Source of the DNA: Lama glama
Lineage: Eukaryota
Assembly (NCBI GenBank): GCA_028534125.1
Contig: CM052817.1
Coordinates: 73,286,001 to 73,350,000 of the forward strand
DNA length: 64,000 nt
Direction of reading: 5' to 3'
The notes under the pieces were generated by a model. The model had not been told where the DNA came from. It did not search any database and worked only from the letters and a program-made list of their open reading frames with translations. Each line of letters begins with the position of its first letter. Position 1 is the first letter of the stretch. A program made the position numbers and the translations under genes. This document shows, piece by piece, positions 25,591-39,328 of the stretch.

Positions 25591-25829
25591 AAATTTGCTT
25601 GAGTATAACCAAAACGTGAGAGATGAGTGATGGAAGTGGGTAAACTCTGCTTCTTTGATATATGAATATGCCCCTCCCTTCCTTCTTTCCATTCCTCCAC
25701 AAACCCACAAGGATTGATAAAGAACCTGTTCTGGACAGGGCATCAGATGTTGTGATCTATGTCCAGGTGAGGATTCTGATGCTCACTAACATTACATAAC
25801 TACTGCACTAGGGCCTAGTTGACTAGTTT

Positions 25830-26003
25830 ATTGGTTCTCAAACTCCAGTGTGCAGCAGAATCATTGGAGGGCTTGATTGCTGGGCTCCATTCACAGAGTT
25901 TCTGATTCAGTATGCCTGGGGTGGGAATGACAGTTTGTGTCTTGAACAAGTGCCCAGTGATGCTGATGCTGCTGGTTCAGGGACCACACTTTGAGGAGCA
26001 CTG
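25830..26003. mobile_element. MER5A (hAT-Charlie)
   Basis: Terminal inverted repeats ggttctcaaact / ctttgaggagcactg; gatgctgatgctgctggt motif. Confidence 0.85.
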
Positions 26004-26254
26004 TTCTCCTGATTATCTGATGCTTCCTACATGGGAATGTATAATTATCTCATACAACAAATTTTTGTATATCATTTGACTTCTGCTTGCTTAAGCCCCA
26101 CATCATATTCCTTTGTAAGCTAATCTTTTTTCTGCTTCCAACATACCCTCTTTCCATTTATACTTACTTTTCCTTCCCCCAAGACCTTTATGTAAAAAAG
26201 ACCACTATCCTCTAAATAGCATTTCCCTCCATCCCTGCTTCTTGTCTAACTTAC

Positions 26255-26780
26255 CTATGCCAAGAAAGAGGCAGCTATAATTAAAAGTTTTCCAAAGCAA
26301 GTTTTGGATGACTCTGCTTTAATTGGCACCCAAAGCTAATGTTTAATCCTAGAGTTGTGAGACCCTGCACACAGGCCTGAACAAGTGTTCGATTTCCCCA
26401 CACCTTTGGCCTCAAACTGCATAGTGTTGAAATGTAGTCTCTACTGATCCTATACTTAAATTTTGAAATGGTTTGAAAAAGTAGAAGGGGACTTAAGATC
26501 TTTCTCATGTTGTTCTGATCTTAAAAGTTTCTTGAAAATAGACTTTACAAAGACACAGAAGCTAGAAGAGGCCGTGGGTACTGGTTTGAGAGTGTGCGTG
26601 CTATCATAAGTGAGAAGAATGCTGTCACCACATGACAAATGTTCTTGCAGCAGCTGGGAAGGCATACAAGGCTTCCAATATGATACAGTGTATTTTTGTC
26701 TGGAGTCACGTAGCCCCGGCCTTTAAATATCCGGTTTGCACTTTGAAAGAATGGTCCAAATACTAGATCATTTAAAATTT
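26255..26780 (-). pseudogene. Relic large exon
   Basis: One frame with 4 stops in about 175 codons (ILNDLVFGPFFQSANRIFKGRGYVTPDKNTLYHIGSLVCLP...), consensus donor TAG|gtaagt. Confidence 0.5.
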
Positions 26781-27401
26781 CTAATTATTATATGAAAAAT
26801 GGAGAATTGCAAATGCTAAGTTTCTTAAACTTTCCCATCTCAAGGTTGAAACCAGAAACAACATAATCTGTTTCTTGTTGACAGGATCTGACTTTGGCAG
26901 ACTTAGACAGTCTTTATTTCTTACAGTATGATGTGGCTATATTTAGATAAGTCATACCCTTCTGGGCCATTGAAGTAACTTTTTTTTTTTTTTTATGGCT
27001 CTACTGCTCTTAGAGGAAGAGAAGAGATCTATTAACATGAATGGGAAATAGCCACAGAAGGGTTTTATTACAGTGGTGTATCTGAGATGAGGTTTAGGTG
27101 TTCTTCAGTTGCCAAGATTAAAGCAGTATTATTTCCAGCCCACCAGAGAGGATAGGTCTTCTGCAAAATGAAGGTAGACAAGTTTATTTTCGGACCTCAA
27201 AGACTGTCCCATTCTGTGCCCTTTACCTCCTTGGCTGTTCCATCTGATTCTGATGCTTCCTCTCATGATTATATTTTCATTAAAATATTTTCTTAGATAA
27301 TCCATTTCAAATGGTGATCTATATGATTCATTCATTTATTCTTTCAGCCAGTATTTACTGTGCAGCTATTAAGGGCTAGGCATTAACAACAAAATATATA
27401 C

Positions 27402-28325
27402 CTGCCCTTGTTGAGCTTCTGCTATAGTGAAAGGAGATAGTAATAAATATATAAATGCATAGTCATTATGGAAAACAGTATGGAGATTCCTCAAAAAACT
27501 AAAAATAGATTTACTATATGAGCCAGCAATCCCACTCCTGGGCATGAACCCAGAGGGGACTCTAATTCAAAAAGATATATACACCCCAATCTGTAAAGCA
27601 GTACTATATACAATAGCCAAGACATGGAAACAACCTAAATGTCTATCGACAGATGACTGGATAAAGAAGTTGTGGTATATTTATACAGTGGAATACTACG
27701 CAGCCTTAAAAAGAATAAAATAATGCTCCATTGGTTTAGCTCCAGTGGTAGAGTGCATGCTTAGCATGCAAAAGGTCCTGGTTCAACCCCCAGTACCTCC
27801 ATTAACTAAATAAATAAACAAACCTAATTACCAGTCCCTCACAAAGCAAAAACAAAAACACAAAACCCTCCAAGAATGAAATACTGCCATTTACAGCAGC
27901 ATGGTTGGACCTAGAGATCATCATTCTAAGTAAGCCAGAAAGAGGAAGAAAAATACCATATGATATTACTTATATGTGAAATCTAAAGAAACAAACAAAC
28001 ACACACACACACATGAACATTTGCAAAACAGAAACAGACTCACAGACACAGAAAACAAACTTACGGTCTCCAGAGGGGAAAAGTGGTGGGAAGGGATAAA
28101 TTGGGAGTTTGAGATTTGCAGATACACACTACTATTTATATAAAATAGATAAACCACAAGGTCCTACTATATATAGCACAGGGAACTATATTCAATATCT
28201 TGTAGTAACCTATAATGGAAAAGAATATAAAAAGGAATATATGTATGTATATTTATGACTAAAACATTATGCTGTACATGAGAAATTAATACAAAATTTT
28301 CAACTGATTATACTTCAATTTAAAC
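27402..28325 (+). mobile_element. L1 3' fragment (ORF2 end and 3' UTR) inside an L2, interrupted by a SINE
   Basis: tatggaaaacagtatggagattcctcaaaaaactaaaaataga...; flanking tataaatgcata repeat. Confidence 0.9.
27727..27871 (+). mobile_element. tRNA-derived SINE inserted in L1
   Basis: TSD aagaat(a/g)aaata(a/c)tgc. Confidence 0.88.
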
Positions 28326-30778
28326 ATATCTATATATCTATATCTATATCTATCTGTCTCTCTCTATATATATATAAATATATAAATATAAATGCATATA
28401 TACTATGTTGGATTATGATACATACTGTGGAGGAAAATGAAGCCAGGAAGGGTTGGCTTCATTGAGAAGACGACATCTGAGCAAATAGCCTGAAGGATGT
28501 GAGATAGGGAGAATATAGATTTTAAATCCAGGAACATCAAATGCAAAGGCCCTGAGATGGGAGTGTGAATCAGATGTTGAGGACAACAGGAAGGCCAGCG
28601 TGGCTGGTGTGGCATGAATAAGGGAAAGACTGGTAGAATGTGAAGCCAAGCAGAGCTGGAGATCAGATGATACAGGGGATCAGATGATACAGATGGGGAA
28701 GGAGGTCACTGTAAAAAAATTTTAATTTTGATTCTAAGGGAGATGAGAAGCCACCAGAGGGTTGTGAGCAGAATGATGGATCTAAAACATCTTAAAGTAC
28801 TGGCCCTTCCAGGACTACAAAACTGTAGAGATAAAGTAATGACAATATGTAATATTACATATTATATGGTAATAGAAATAGCTATCATATATTGTACAAT
28901 TAACATGTACAGGCACTATGATAAGCATTTTACAAGGAAATTCTGAAATAGGATTTCAGGGATGGGAAGATATTTTTAGGCAAGTGGTGTCTTCTTTCTG
29001 AAATCACCTCATTTTTCCTCTTTCCCTGGAAACAGACAAGATCAGCCAAGCAGTGCCCTGAATTTTCCTGGTGATGTGAAAATGAAACTATTCTTTTAGT
29101 GATGAGAGGTAAAATAAGAAATCAGAAGAAAAGTTTCAAATTACATTGCTCCAGAAATGTTATTCTTACTGTAAACCCCTCATTAGAGGGCAACTCATCA
29201 TTGCTAACTCATCATAGAAGACGCACTGACCAACTCTTAGCACTTTGTATCCAGTTAATGCTATGTGTACGGCTCTCTCCTCTTGGATCCTAAGTTCTTT
29301 CTAGGCTGAGGCAGGAAGATTATTTCTCTTCTCTTCCCTTTCTAAATTCTCTGCCTGAACCAGATTTATATTGAGAGTCCCTGAAGCTGATGGCTAATGC
29401 AAAGTCCTATGTAACTTTGCCGTCAATTCAGTAATGTAGGCTCTATGACAACACACTGGAAAATTCCTGAGTGTGTGTCCTCCTGACCACTCTTAAATTC
29501 TCAGTCCCCTTCTTTTCTGACCTGAACCCAAGTAGACTCCATAATCTGGGGTATTAGAAGTGGGTGGCAGTGCTCAGCACCATTTTGCAACACAGAGGGA
29601 CCAAGGAGTTTTCTTTCTCCTTCGCAAAAGTTCTCAGATAACTATGCTGGTAAAGAATTGAGCTCATGTCTATATGCGTTCATCTGTTTAATTCAGTTGC
29701 AACAAATGCATCTGAGACACCATTCTAGCTGTGATAAGAAATAAAAGTTTAAAAACCTATCTGCTTGGCACTCTATTAATATTTTTGAATATATCATTTC
29801 ATTTAACACTTAAGTTTGCAGTTAGGTATTAGTAGCTCCATTTTGTCTAAGGAAATTGAACCTCAGAGAATGAAAATTACTTAGTGAAGTTCCCACAGTT
29901 AATAAGTGCCAAGGTCAGGAGGAAGATTTCAAGTTTTTCTGACATCAAAGCTCATGTTTTACCATCACAAATGATAGCATTTTATAAAACAGAATATAAA
30001 TATCAACATATAATCCATACACATTTGCATTATTTTGCGGAGCATTAAACATAAGTAAACTATTTAAATACCCGTGGCAAGAGATTTCTTTTATCTTTTT
30101 TGAGGTGAGAATGTTGCCCCAACACAAGGAAGTCCCCTAAAGCAATGCTGATCATTAGCAACCCTGATAGGTCACTCGGAACCAGCCTGAATGTCATGGG
30201 CATTTGCATTGTATGCTTAGTACAGGAGAGTGGAAGTTTAGGCTCACCATTTTTTTTTTCTGTTTTTAATTGAAGTATAGTCAGTTTACAATGTGGCATC
30301 AATTTCTGATGTACAGCATAATGTTTCAGTCATACATATACATACATATATTCATCTTTAACCATGTCTTAACATGTGTCTTGTCAAGTCAAGGACAGAA
30401 GGGAGGAGAGGGGTAAAGGGCAGGCACTGCTATCCGGCAGGAGGCCAGGTGCAAGATGAGAAGCCACAGCAGCTGAGGACCCAGGGCCTCTGAAATGCAT
30501 CCTTCCTTTTTGACCTTGACTTATTTTTTCCACTTCTTTTATGTCCAGCATCAACCTTCTCTCACTTTGTGTTTTCTGTTCCCTGAACTGAATAGGTGAG
30601 GCTTCCTAAATCCCTTTGAGAAAAACATAGCAACAATATGAAACTTCAGTTTAAGGAGGCAGGTTTTTTTTCTCCAAGATTAAAAATTAGGTTATTCGCC
30701 ATTGTTGACGACAAATAACACACACAAGTGCAGGTGAGATGCAAGGGGTATATATACATTAAAAAAAAAAAAAGATGT

Positions 30779-30966
30779 AGGAGGAAGGGTATAGCTCAGG
30801 GGTAGAGTACACGCCTAGCAAGCACGAAGCCCTGGGTCAATTCCCAGTACCTCCATTTAAAAATAAATATATAAACCTAATTACCTACCCCCATTAAAAA
30901 AAAAAAACATAAAAAAGAATGCAAAAAATGTTTTTAAGACTTAAAAAAAGAACTATTAAAAAAAAA
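30779..30966 (+). mobile_element. tRNA-derived SINE
   Basis: Family consensus, long A-rich tail, TSD agatgtag. Confidence 0.9.
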
Positions 30967-32380
30967 ACAGATGTAGAATGGTATATGTCAGGAATTAGCA
31001 TTGTTGCTTGGATTATAGTTTTTGGATTTCTTTTTCCTTTTTCCTTTTTTTTCTTGTCTATTTTATAATGTTCTTAAGTGAATGGGTATTTTTTTTTAAA
31101 TAAAGATGAAGATTATATTTATTTTAAAATATGCCTATATGATGACTTACCAATATACTTAAAAATGGAAAACTAACATATACATTGGAAAGGCTGTATA
31201 AGGACAGATGCAGCAAGAAACTGGAATTAAAGAAACTAAAAATAATAGGTGAATAGTTAAGGAAAATCTGTAGAGGACTTAGCATGGAAGCTTCTGTAAG
31301 CCTACTTTTGGGGAAATCTGTTCAGTGGACCCTAATGGGATGCTAAGGGAGGACTGAAACAATGGCTTAGCTTGACAGGTCAACCTTATTAAACTCTGAT
31401 GGATTGGTTAACAACAGTAAAAAATAGGTCATATTAATATCCAAGTAAATTCCACAGAACATTAAAGTCATTAAAAAATTTTATTTATGAAAACTATTTA
31501 ATTATATGGAAAAATGTTAAGTGAATAAGTTGGGATGTGAAATTACATTTATAGGAGGAATACAAATAAGTTTTAAAAAAATAAAAATAATCTAAGTATT
31601 AAAAATAGACTGGAAGGAAGTCAATCCATCAATAGTCTACCAGTGACTATGACTGAGGGTGGGACATGAGTAAAAGTGTTTTTCCTATGTCTATCTCTCT
31701 ATATTTCTAAAAAGTTTTAAACAAGTATGTTACCTTCAAAATAAAATAAAGTCATAGTAACAAAAATTTTTTAAATAACTGCATTTTCACATATTAAACA
31801 ATTTGAGAAAGATTTTTTTGGGGGGATGTTTGACTGAAAATTTAAAAGCTTAGGCCTCCATAAAATTTTTATGTTCACCAAGTTCAGTTTAATTTTGGTC
31901 TTAGTTATGCAATATATTAATTACAGAGATATAACTGAAACAATTTTCCAGATTTTTTTCACTCAAAGAAAATAAATCAAATATGTAGGAATGGTCAAGA
32001 AAAGTTTGGTATATTCCTAAAGTGAAGTAAGATGTAGCCATTTAAGATAACATTTCTGCAAAACTTTAAATGACATGCTGAGGAAACTATGTTGAGTGAA
32101 AAAATATTGGGTGCAAAATTCTATACAGAGTGTGACTCCAATTACATTATGTTACATTTATCTTAGACAATATATACATTAGAAATAAAAAGACAGGAAG
32201 AAACCTTGTTAAAATATTTCAAGGAAGAACATATGTTCAAATTTCAAGACTTCAGTACCTTGGTGGGAATTTTAATTTCTTTGTTTTCCTCTTCCTCTTA
32301 AAATATTTTCAGGGAATATTAGTTTTATAATCAGGTGAAAAAGGTATTGAAAAATATGCTTCTAAAATTCACTAGACTAG

Positions 32381-32522
32381 AGGGGAGAGTATAGCCCAGT
32401 GGTAGTGTGCATGTTTAGCATGCATTAGGTGCTGGGTTCAATCTCTAGTACCTCCACTAAGATAAATAAAGAAATAAACCTAATTAGTACCCCTACCCAC
32501 CCCAAAAATAAGTAAAAAAAAA
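32381..32522 (+). mobile_element. tRNA-derived SINE
   Basis: Family consensus; TSD aaaattcactaga. Confidence 0.9.
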
Positions 32523-32625
32523 AAAATTCACTAGAATGAAAGGTTTTCCTTCCCTTGCCTTTCCAGCATCCATCTCATTTACTGGCATTCTGTTCGCTTA
32601 CAGAAATACTGGATAAATAAATATA

Positions 32626-32725
32626 NNNNNNNNNNNNNNNNNNNNNNNNNNNNNNNNNNNNNNNNNNNNNNNNNNNNNNNNNNNNNNNNNNNNNNNNNNN
32701 NNNNNNNNNNNNNNNNNNNNNNNNN
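32626..32725. other. Assembly gap (100 N)
   Basis: Run of exactly 100 N, typical placeholder for a gap of unknown size. Confidence 0.99.
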
Positions 32726-32924
32726 TTTTGAAATCCCAGTCTATCCCTTCCCACCCTCTACCCCCCTGGTAACCACAAGTCTGTATTCTCTGTCCATGAG
32801 TCTATTTCTGTCCTGTATTTATGCTTTGTTTTTGTTTGTTTGTTTGTTTTTGTTTTTGTTTTTTAGATTCCACATATGAGCGATCTCATATGGTATTTTT
32901 CTTTCTCTTTCTGGCTTACTTCAC
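32726..32924 (-). mobile_element. Young L1 3' UTR fragment abutting the gap
   Basis: Near-identical to 55059-55191. Confidence 0.9.
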
Positions 32925-33059
32925 AAAAATAAATTTTTAAGAGTAAATAAATAAAGTGCCTTCTAAGACTGGAAAAAAATAAATATATGAAAAGATGAGT
33001 GAATGAATGAATGAAGCAATTAAGGCAAAGTCCTGTGTATTCAGGCCACTTTAACTGCA

Positions 33060-33800
33060 ACCTTTTTTCCACATCTCACATCCAATCCATTCCCAGATTT
33101 TGTCAGCCTTACCTCTATAAATAACCCAAATCTGGCCTTTCTCATCACCAGTACCATCCTAGTCTAAGCTACCAAACTTGCACAACTGGGCAAGTGGAAT
33201 AGCCTCTTAACTGACCTACCCCCGCCCCTAGCTTTCATCCTTGCTGCCTATAATCTCTTCTCCATAAAGCAGTAAGAGTGAGACTCAGACTTTCTCACTT
33301 GTCTGCTCTAAAGCCTCCAGTGACTTTCGGTGTCAATCAAAATGAAATCAAAATTACTTACAGAGGCCTATCAGGCCTTCCACCCCTACCCCATACCTCT
33401 CTAACCTTGTCATCTACCCTTGGTTTCTCCATTCTGGCCACAACAATTTTTCGCGCCTGCCTTAGGCCCTTTGCACCTGCCTTTCTCTCTGCTTGGAGTG
33501 CTCATCCCCAAAATAACTGCAAACCTTGCTTCATCACTTCATTTAGGTCCCTGTGTAAATGTCAGCATATCAAAGAGGACTTCCCAGATTCTCATACTAA
33601 AAATAGCACCATCTCCATCCATCACTCTCCTTTCATTCTCGGTGCCTTTACTCTGCTTTGTTTTCTTCATAGCTCCTTTGACCACCTGAAATGATACATA
33701 TTCATTGTCACATCTATCTCCCCTCCCATCCCTCTGGCTAGAACATAGGCTCCATTGAAGCAGGGGAATTTCTTGTTGGTTTTTCACTGCTGTACACAAA
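33060..33800 (+). mobile_element. L2 fragment
   Basis: cacatccaatcca...ggccctttgcacctgc...ctagaacataggctccattgaagcagg. Confidence 0.8.
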
Positions 33801-34716
33801 ACTAATTTTTTTGAAAATTAAAACACAGTTACTAACTGTCAAAAGATTAATGGTATGTTCCCTTCTCTGAATTATCTCAAAGATTTTAATAAGGGCACCT
33901 TAAACTCATTTCTTGCTTAACTTCAATTTTGAAAGCTGAAAGTTTCTAAAATATACTAGTACTGAACTGTACAGTGAGAATTACTACACATCTGGCATAA
34001 AAGGTAATATAATGTACCATGTGTACAAATTAGGAATAGTTTTGGTTGATTGCATCACAATTTAAAATATGTTGGTTAATATTAATTTATGTTAAAAATG
34101 ATAATAGCTTATGATAGAAGAAATATGGCAACAGTTATTGCTTGATAGTTTTCTGACATTGTGTCTCTATGAAAATGACTGCTGGGGACCTGAAACTTGA
34201 TGTCAACCTCCTTGCTACAGATTGTCTTAACAACTACCTGGAAATACTGGTTCCACAGAGCATGCTCCAAACAGTTGTCTCAGGCAATTTAGATGCACTG
34301 AATATTATGATCCTTCTTAATGTACATATTCTGAGATAGTTTAGCTCCTCACAGGCTTTGTGATCTTGGCCAAAGGACTTAATCTCTCTAAACTGCAGTA
34401 TCCTTGTCTGTAACATGGGGATAATAATAGCGGGCAGCTAATAGGCTTATTATGGAAATTAAATCAGTTAATATCTATTAAGTACTTCAGGAGGTAGCGG
34501 CAGTGCAGGAAAGGGACATGTTATTAGTGAACAGACAGAAAAAGACCAAAGTATCCACATTCATTGAATTTGTGCTACTACTATGTGTCCGGAAGCATTC
34601 AGTACTTTGTGCAGATTTAGAGCCCAGTGGGAAGAGCTTGTGCCCTGCGACTGGACCACCTGGTTCTAACCCTGCCTCTAATAATATCAGAGTGATCTTG
34701 GGCAACTTGCTTCAAG

Positions 34717-35015
34717 GAGAGCTGTTCCATGGAAGCATAATATGAGACATACAAGTAATTTAAAATTTTCTACTAGCCATGTTAAAGTTAAACAAATGAA
34801 ATCAATTTAATAACGTATGTCACTTATGCCAATATACACAAAATGTTATGCAATCAATGTGAGCTACTATTAATGAGATATCTTACAGTCTTTTAATTTG
34901 TGTTAAGTCTTTGAACTCTCATGTGTGCTTCACCCCAACATCTCAGTTCAGGCAAGCTACATTTCAAGTGCTCAACTGCCACATGGGCTTGTGGCTATTG
35001 TATTGAATAATGCAG
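34717..35015. mobile_element. MER33-like (hAT-Charlie)
   Basis: gtaatttaaaattttctactagcca...ttcaagtgctcaactgccacatgggcttgtggctattgtattg. Confidence 0.75.
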
Positions 35016-35072
35016 GCTTAAACTTCTGCCCCAGAGTTCCTATGTGCAGTGTATGTAAGAACAGTACGGTCT

Positions 35073-35385
35073 TGAGGGTGGGTTGGTGGGTGAAATGGGT
35101 GAAGGGGGTCAAAAGGTACGAACTCCCAGTTATAAAATAAGTAAGTCATGAGGTTGTAACATACAGCATGGTGACTATAGTTAATAATACTGTATTGCAT
35201 ATTTGAAAGTTGCCAAGAGAGTAAATCTTAACAATTATCACAAGAAAAAGAAATTTTGTTACTATGTATAGTGATGGATGTTAACTAAACTTACTGTGGT
35301 GATCATTTTGCAATATGTACAAATATTGAATCATTTGTTGTACACCTCAAACTAATATGTCAATAATAGCTCACTAAAAAAAAAA
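35073..35385 (+). mobile_element. L1M 3' end
   Basis: acagcatggtgactatagttaataatactgtattgcatatttgaaagttg. Confidence 0.85.
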
Positions 35386-36676
35386 TGAAGATAACATAAA
35401 AAAACAGTACCTGTCTCATGTGATTAAATTAATATATATAAAGTGCTTAGTAGATTCAGAATTTAAAAAGCAAAACCCTCTCCAGGAATGGCCTGGTGGT
35501 CTGCAGGGGAAGAGGAGCTTTTTGCCACTCAAATAGAGTAGAGGAGAGGAGATCTCCGGGCTGGAGGCTAAGCAAGGCTGTAATCGTAAATTAGCAAAGG
35601 TCACCAAATTGCTTGAAAGAGACACTGATAGCGTACATTTGAAAGGGGTTACAAGATTTGCCCAGTAAATCATTAATGATCTGTCATTTTGCTAAGACTG
35701 TAGCTCTCTTTTTCTAATTACTGATGTATACCCTTATCTTATTTTGCAGGTGCTCTTTTTTGCAAGAGAAAATGCCAAATAGGCAAATGCTCTTAAATTA
35801 TAATCTTTAAAAATTTTTTCATTTTACTATGGTAAGTCCACTTGAGAGCTACTCTCTTAAAAAGTGTTTAAGTATACATACAATACTGTTGACTATTTAA
35901 ATTATTATCTTAATCTATTTGCAAACAGCTCACTAAGAAGAATGTTTTTATCTCCATTTTTCAGGCTAGGGATCTTATGGGCGAAATCAAAGGAGAATAG
36001 TGAAGTTACCCAAAGGTCACCCAGAGAATAAGGAAGGATTTGGGTGTAGATTTATCTGTTTCCAAAGCTCATGCTTTTTTCATTTCATTGCATACTGAAG
36101 AGTACTATAGGTTGTGCCAGATATTTAAATCAAATTGATTTTGTGAGCTGACTTTTAACAAACCGTATCTTACCACTATTTCCCAAATAGGTTCATGTTC
36201 AAATATTAATTTTTATTTGTGGAATTTGAGTTTTTGAAATGATACTAAGTCTTAACACATTAAAACCATTCCTATCCAGAGCCCAGAGAATCATGAAGTA
36301 AGGAAGTATTATGAGTAGGCAAAAATAGTTGTCATTAAGTTCACTGACCTAGAGTTCATGACCGTTCACACAACAGTCTTCAAGACCTAACTCTGAATAT
36401 GTTTGTATTTTGCATGTAGTTACAGGAATTTTTATGATATGTCTTCCAAACTTGTAACAGATCAGAATGGCGATGTAGAACAGATGCCTCAGGTGACATG
36501 TCAATAACAGTAACAATTTCATGTCAGCAAGGAAGGAAACAGACACATATAGAAGAAAACTTAAGTACTTCAAAGACTAGTAAAAAGGAGGCATTTTGAA
36601 GGGTCAAACAGTCTTAGCATTTTTTTCAGAAGGTAGGGAGGTTGTAATATATCTTAGAAATTTTTCTGCATAATGT

Positions 36677-36801
36677 TTTTCCTTTTTGGGGGGAGGTAAC
36701 TAGGTTTTTTGTTTATTTATTTTAATGGAGGTGTTGAGGACTGAACCCAGGACCTCTTGCATGCTAAGCACACACTCTACCACTGAGCTATACCCTTCCC
36801 C
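36677..36801 (-). mobile_element. tRNA-derived SINE
   Basis: Reverse complement of consensus; TSD gaaatttttt..cataa. Confidence 0.9.
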
Positions 36802-38975
36802 TGAAATTTTTTTACATAAAATGACTAATATAAAAATATTTTTGGTGCTTATAAGGAACACTATCAGCTATCCTTAAAACTCCCTATCCATCCATCCATC
36901 CACCCACTGGACACTGGATTCAAACTGAATCCAGCATCCAGTGAGTTTACATTCAAATCAGGAGGAGAGACACATAAATCATCACCACATTATGATAATG
37001 TAATATAATGTCTGGCACATGATAGACACTCAAATATTTGTTGAGTGAATGAATGAATGAATATCATAGGTAAAATGAGAGCATAAGACAGAGGAATTTA
37101 AGTAAGACTGATGTGTGGGTGGGGGTTGTAGAATCCCAACGAAGGAACTTAAGCTGGGTTTTAAAGAAGGGAAGAGCATTTGAGTCATAGGGAGCAGGAT
37201 GTCTGAAGGCGGGACAGTGGAAACTGTGCACTGTGCAATGTGTATAAATGGTAAATGAGGATACAAGAGCCACAGGCAGGGACCAGACTGGGAAGAGTTG
37301 CGTGCATTGAACTAAAGGGTTTAGATTTTTTTCCTGAATACTATGCAGAACCTTTGAAGGAGTGGAAGCACAAGTGCCCCCAGATTAGACATTTGTTTTA
37401 GGAAGATCATTCCGGGATAGATCACAGGATCAGTGTTGGAGAGATCAGGAAAAAAAAAAAAAAAAGAGCAGAGCCTGAAACGAGATTGTGATAACAGTGA
37501 AGAAAGAGAAAGGGGCTGATTGAAAAGAAATTGGTATGAAGAAAATTTAATGACTGATGTGGGGTAATTGGAGGAAGAGAAGAAGGAGGTTGTGATAGTT
37601 GCTGAATTTCTGGTTTTCACTATGAGTACACAGAGATGCAGTCAAAATGGTTGTGGACATCCTGAGTTAGAGATGCTGACTCTGAATAGTTGACCTGTAA
37701 AGGATGTTTTATCCTCATTCTGGTCTTTCAGTATTATTTTTCTCTGCATTCCCTTTTGCACTGTTAAAAAAAATGCACAGAAGTGAAGAAACTATTTCAA
37801 GGACACAAACTGAAATTTGCCTGCATGTCATTGAAAAAAATAGATATTAATCTTAAAAGCTAACGTATAAGCACTTTTTGCAGAAAAGGAAAATAATTGT
37901 TTAGTTTGGGGATCTAGACATTATTGTCTTTGTCACTGAAATAAACTACTCTCCATTTCTCTCCCGTTCTTTTGATCTATTTTTACAAAGTCACATTTAT
38001 GTGCCATCTGCAAACCAATGAAATTTGCTATTCAAATTTTCCTAGTTGCCTATGAATATTCTACTTCTATTTACAGATCCTTAGATCACATTTTAATTGA
38101 TAAAAAACATAAAAGGTCAAAGGCACGTTTCTCCATCTATAAACCTATGTCTAACTTGATCTCCTGTACTTGTAGTCCCTCCATGACCTCACCGAGAACT
38201 AACATCTCTAAGGAAAGAAATCCTATCATACGGAAGAATTCTCATGTATTTGTACAATTGTTTTCTATTCCTAGTTTCCTCTTTTAGAACAGTGCCTTTT
38301 GACAGAGTGCTATTTCACTGTTTCTGAAACACTTTATATAGCTGTTTGAGCACATGTGAGATTAAATATGTCCTAAATTTGTAGTTTTCCTTCATCTTCC
38401 TTTTCCTTCCCAGTTTCCTAACTGCTCTAATGGGCGATATTATCTTAATATACTCCCTGTTCTTCACCAGAAAGTTGTTTCAAACACTAGCATGAGTCCA
38501 TAGAAGGGTACTTACCCGTTTGACCTACTCAGATAGCTGGTTTTCACTTGGCTTTTCATGTACCAGGCATTCTGCCCTGGATGAACTGGAAAATATCCCA
38601 GTGGAGAAGAAGGTCAGAAGTCTTCTGGGTTTCCTTCAACCTAAGGTTACTGTTTTTGTCTCTACAAGTTAAATTAAAGTTAAATTAATTTAAATTAAAT
38701 TATGTCGGCCAAATGATAAAACACATATGAATGCAATGGTATTTTTGAACGTTTACACATTTCCTATTAGAAAGACTGTCCTGGGCCTCACCCGGAACCA
38801 TATTCATAAAGTTACCAGTGCATCCCTCGAAGCAGACTGGCCTATATTAATTTCATAACACCGTCCTTAACTTTTAGAGTCACTTATATTTGATTTCTTA
38901 AAATGTGTTGTGATAGAAAATGCTGCGGTATCTGATAAAACCTCACTGCTTATGGTATTAAGATTCTAACCTCTC

Positions 38976-39280
38976 TGCAATAAAAAGGAATGAACCATTG
39001 ATGGACGCAACAACTTAAAGGGGAATTTAACAAAAAATTAAATCTCAAAAGGTGACATACTTTGTGATTCCATTTATATAACATTTTTGAACTGACAACG
39101 TATTTAGATATACAGGACAGATTATTGATTACCAGGGGTTGAGAAGTGGGTGTCTATAAAAGGGCAGCATCAAGGATCTTTGTGGTGCTGGAACTGTCTG
39201 ATGTCTCCTCTGAGATGGTGGCTTCTGAATCAACATAGGTGATAAAATTGTATAGAATTTAACACATACCTACCCCTGCC

Positions 39281-39328
<48 letters not shown>

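Noticed and set aside
33278..33799. Overlapping ORFs up to 138 aa
   Set aside because: Lie within a degenerate L2 element
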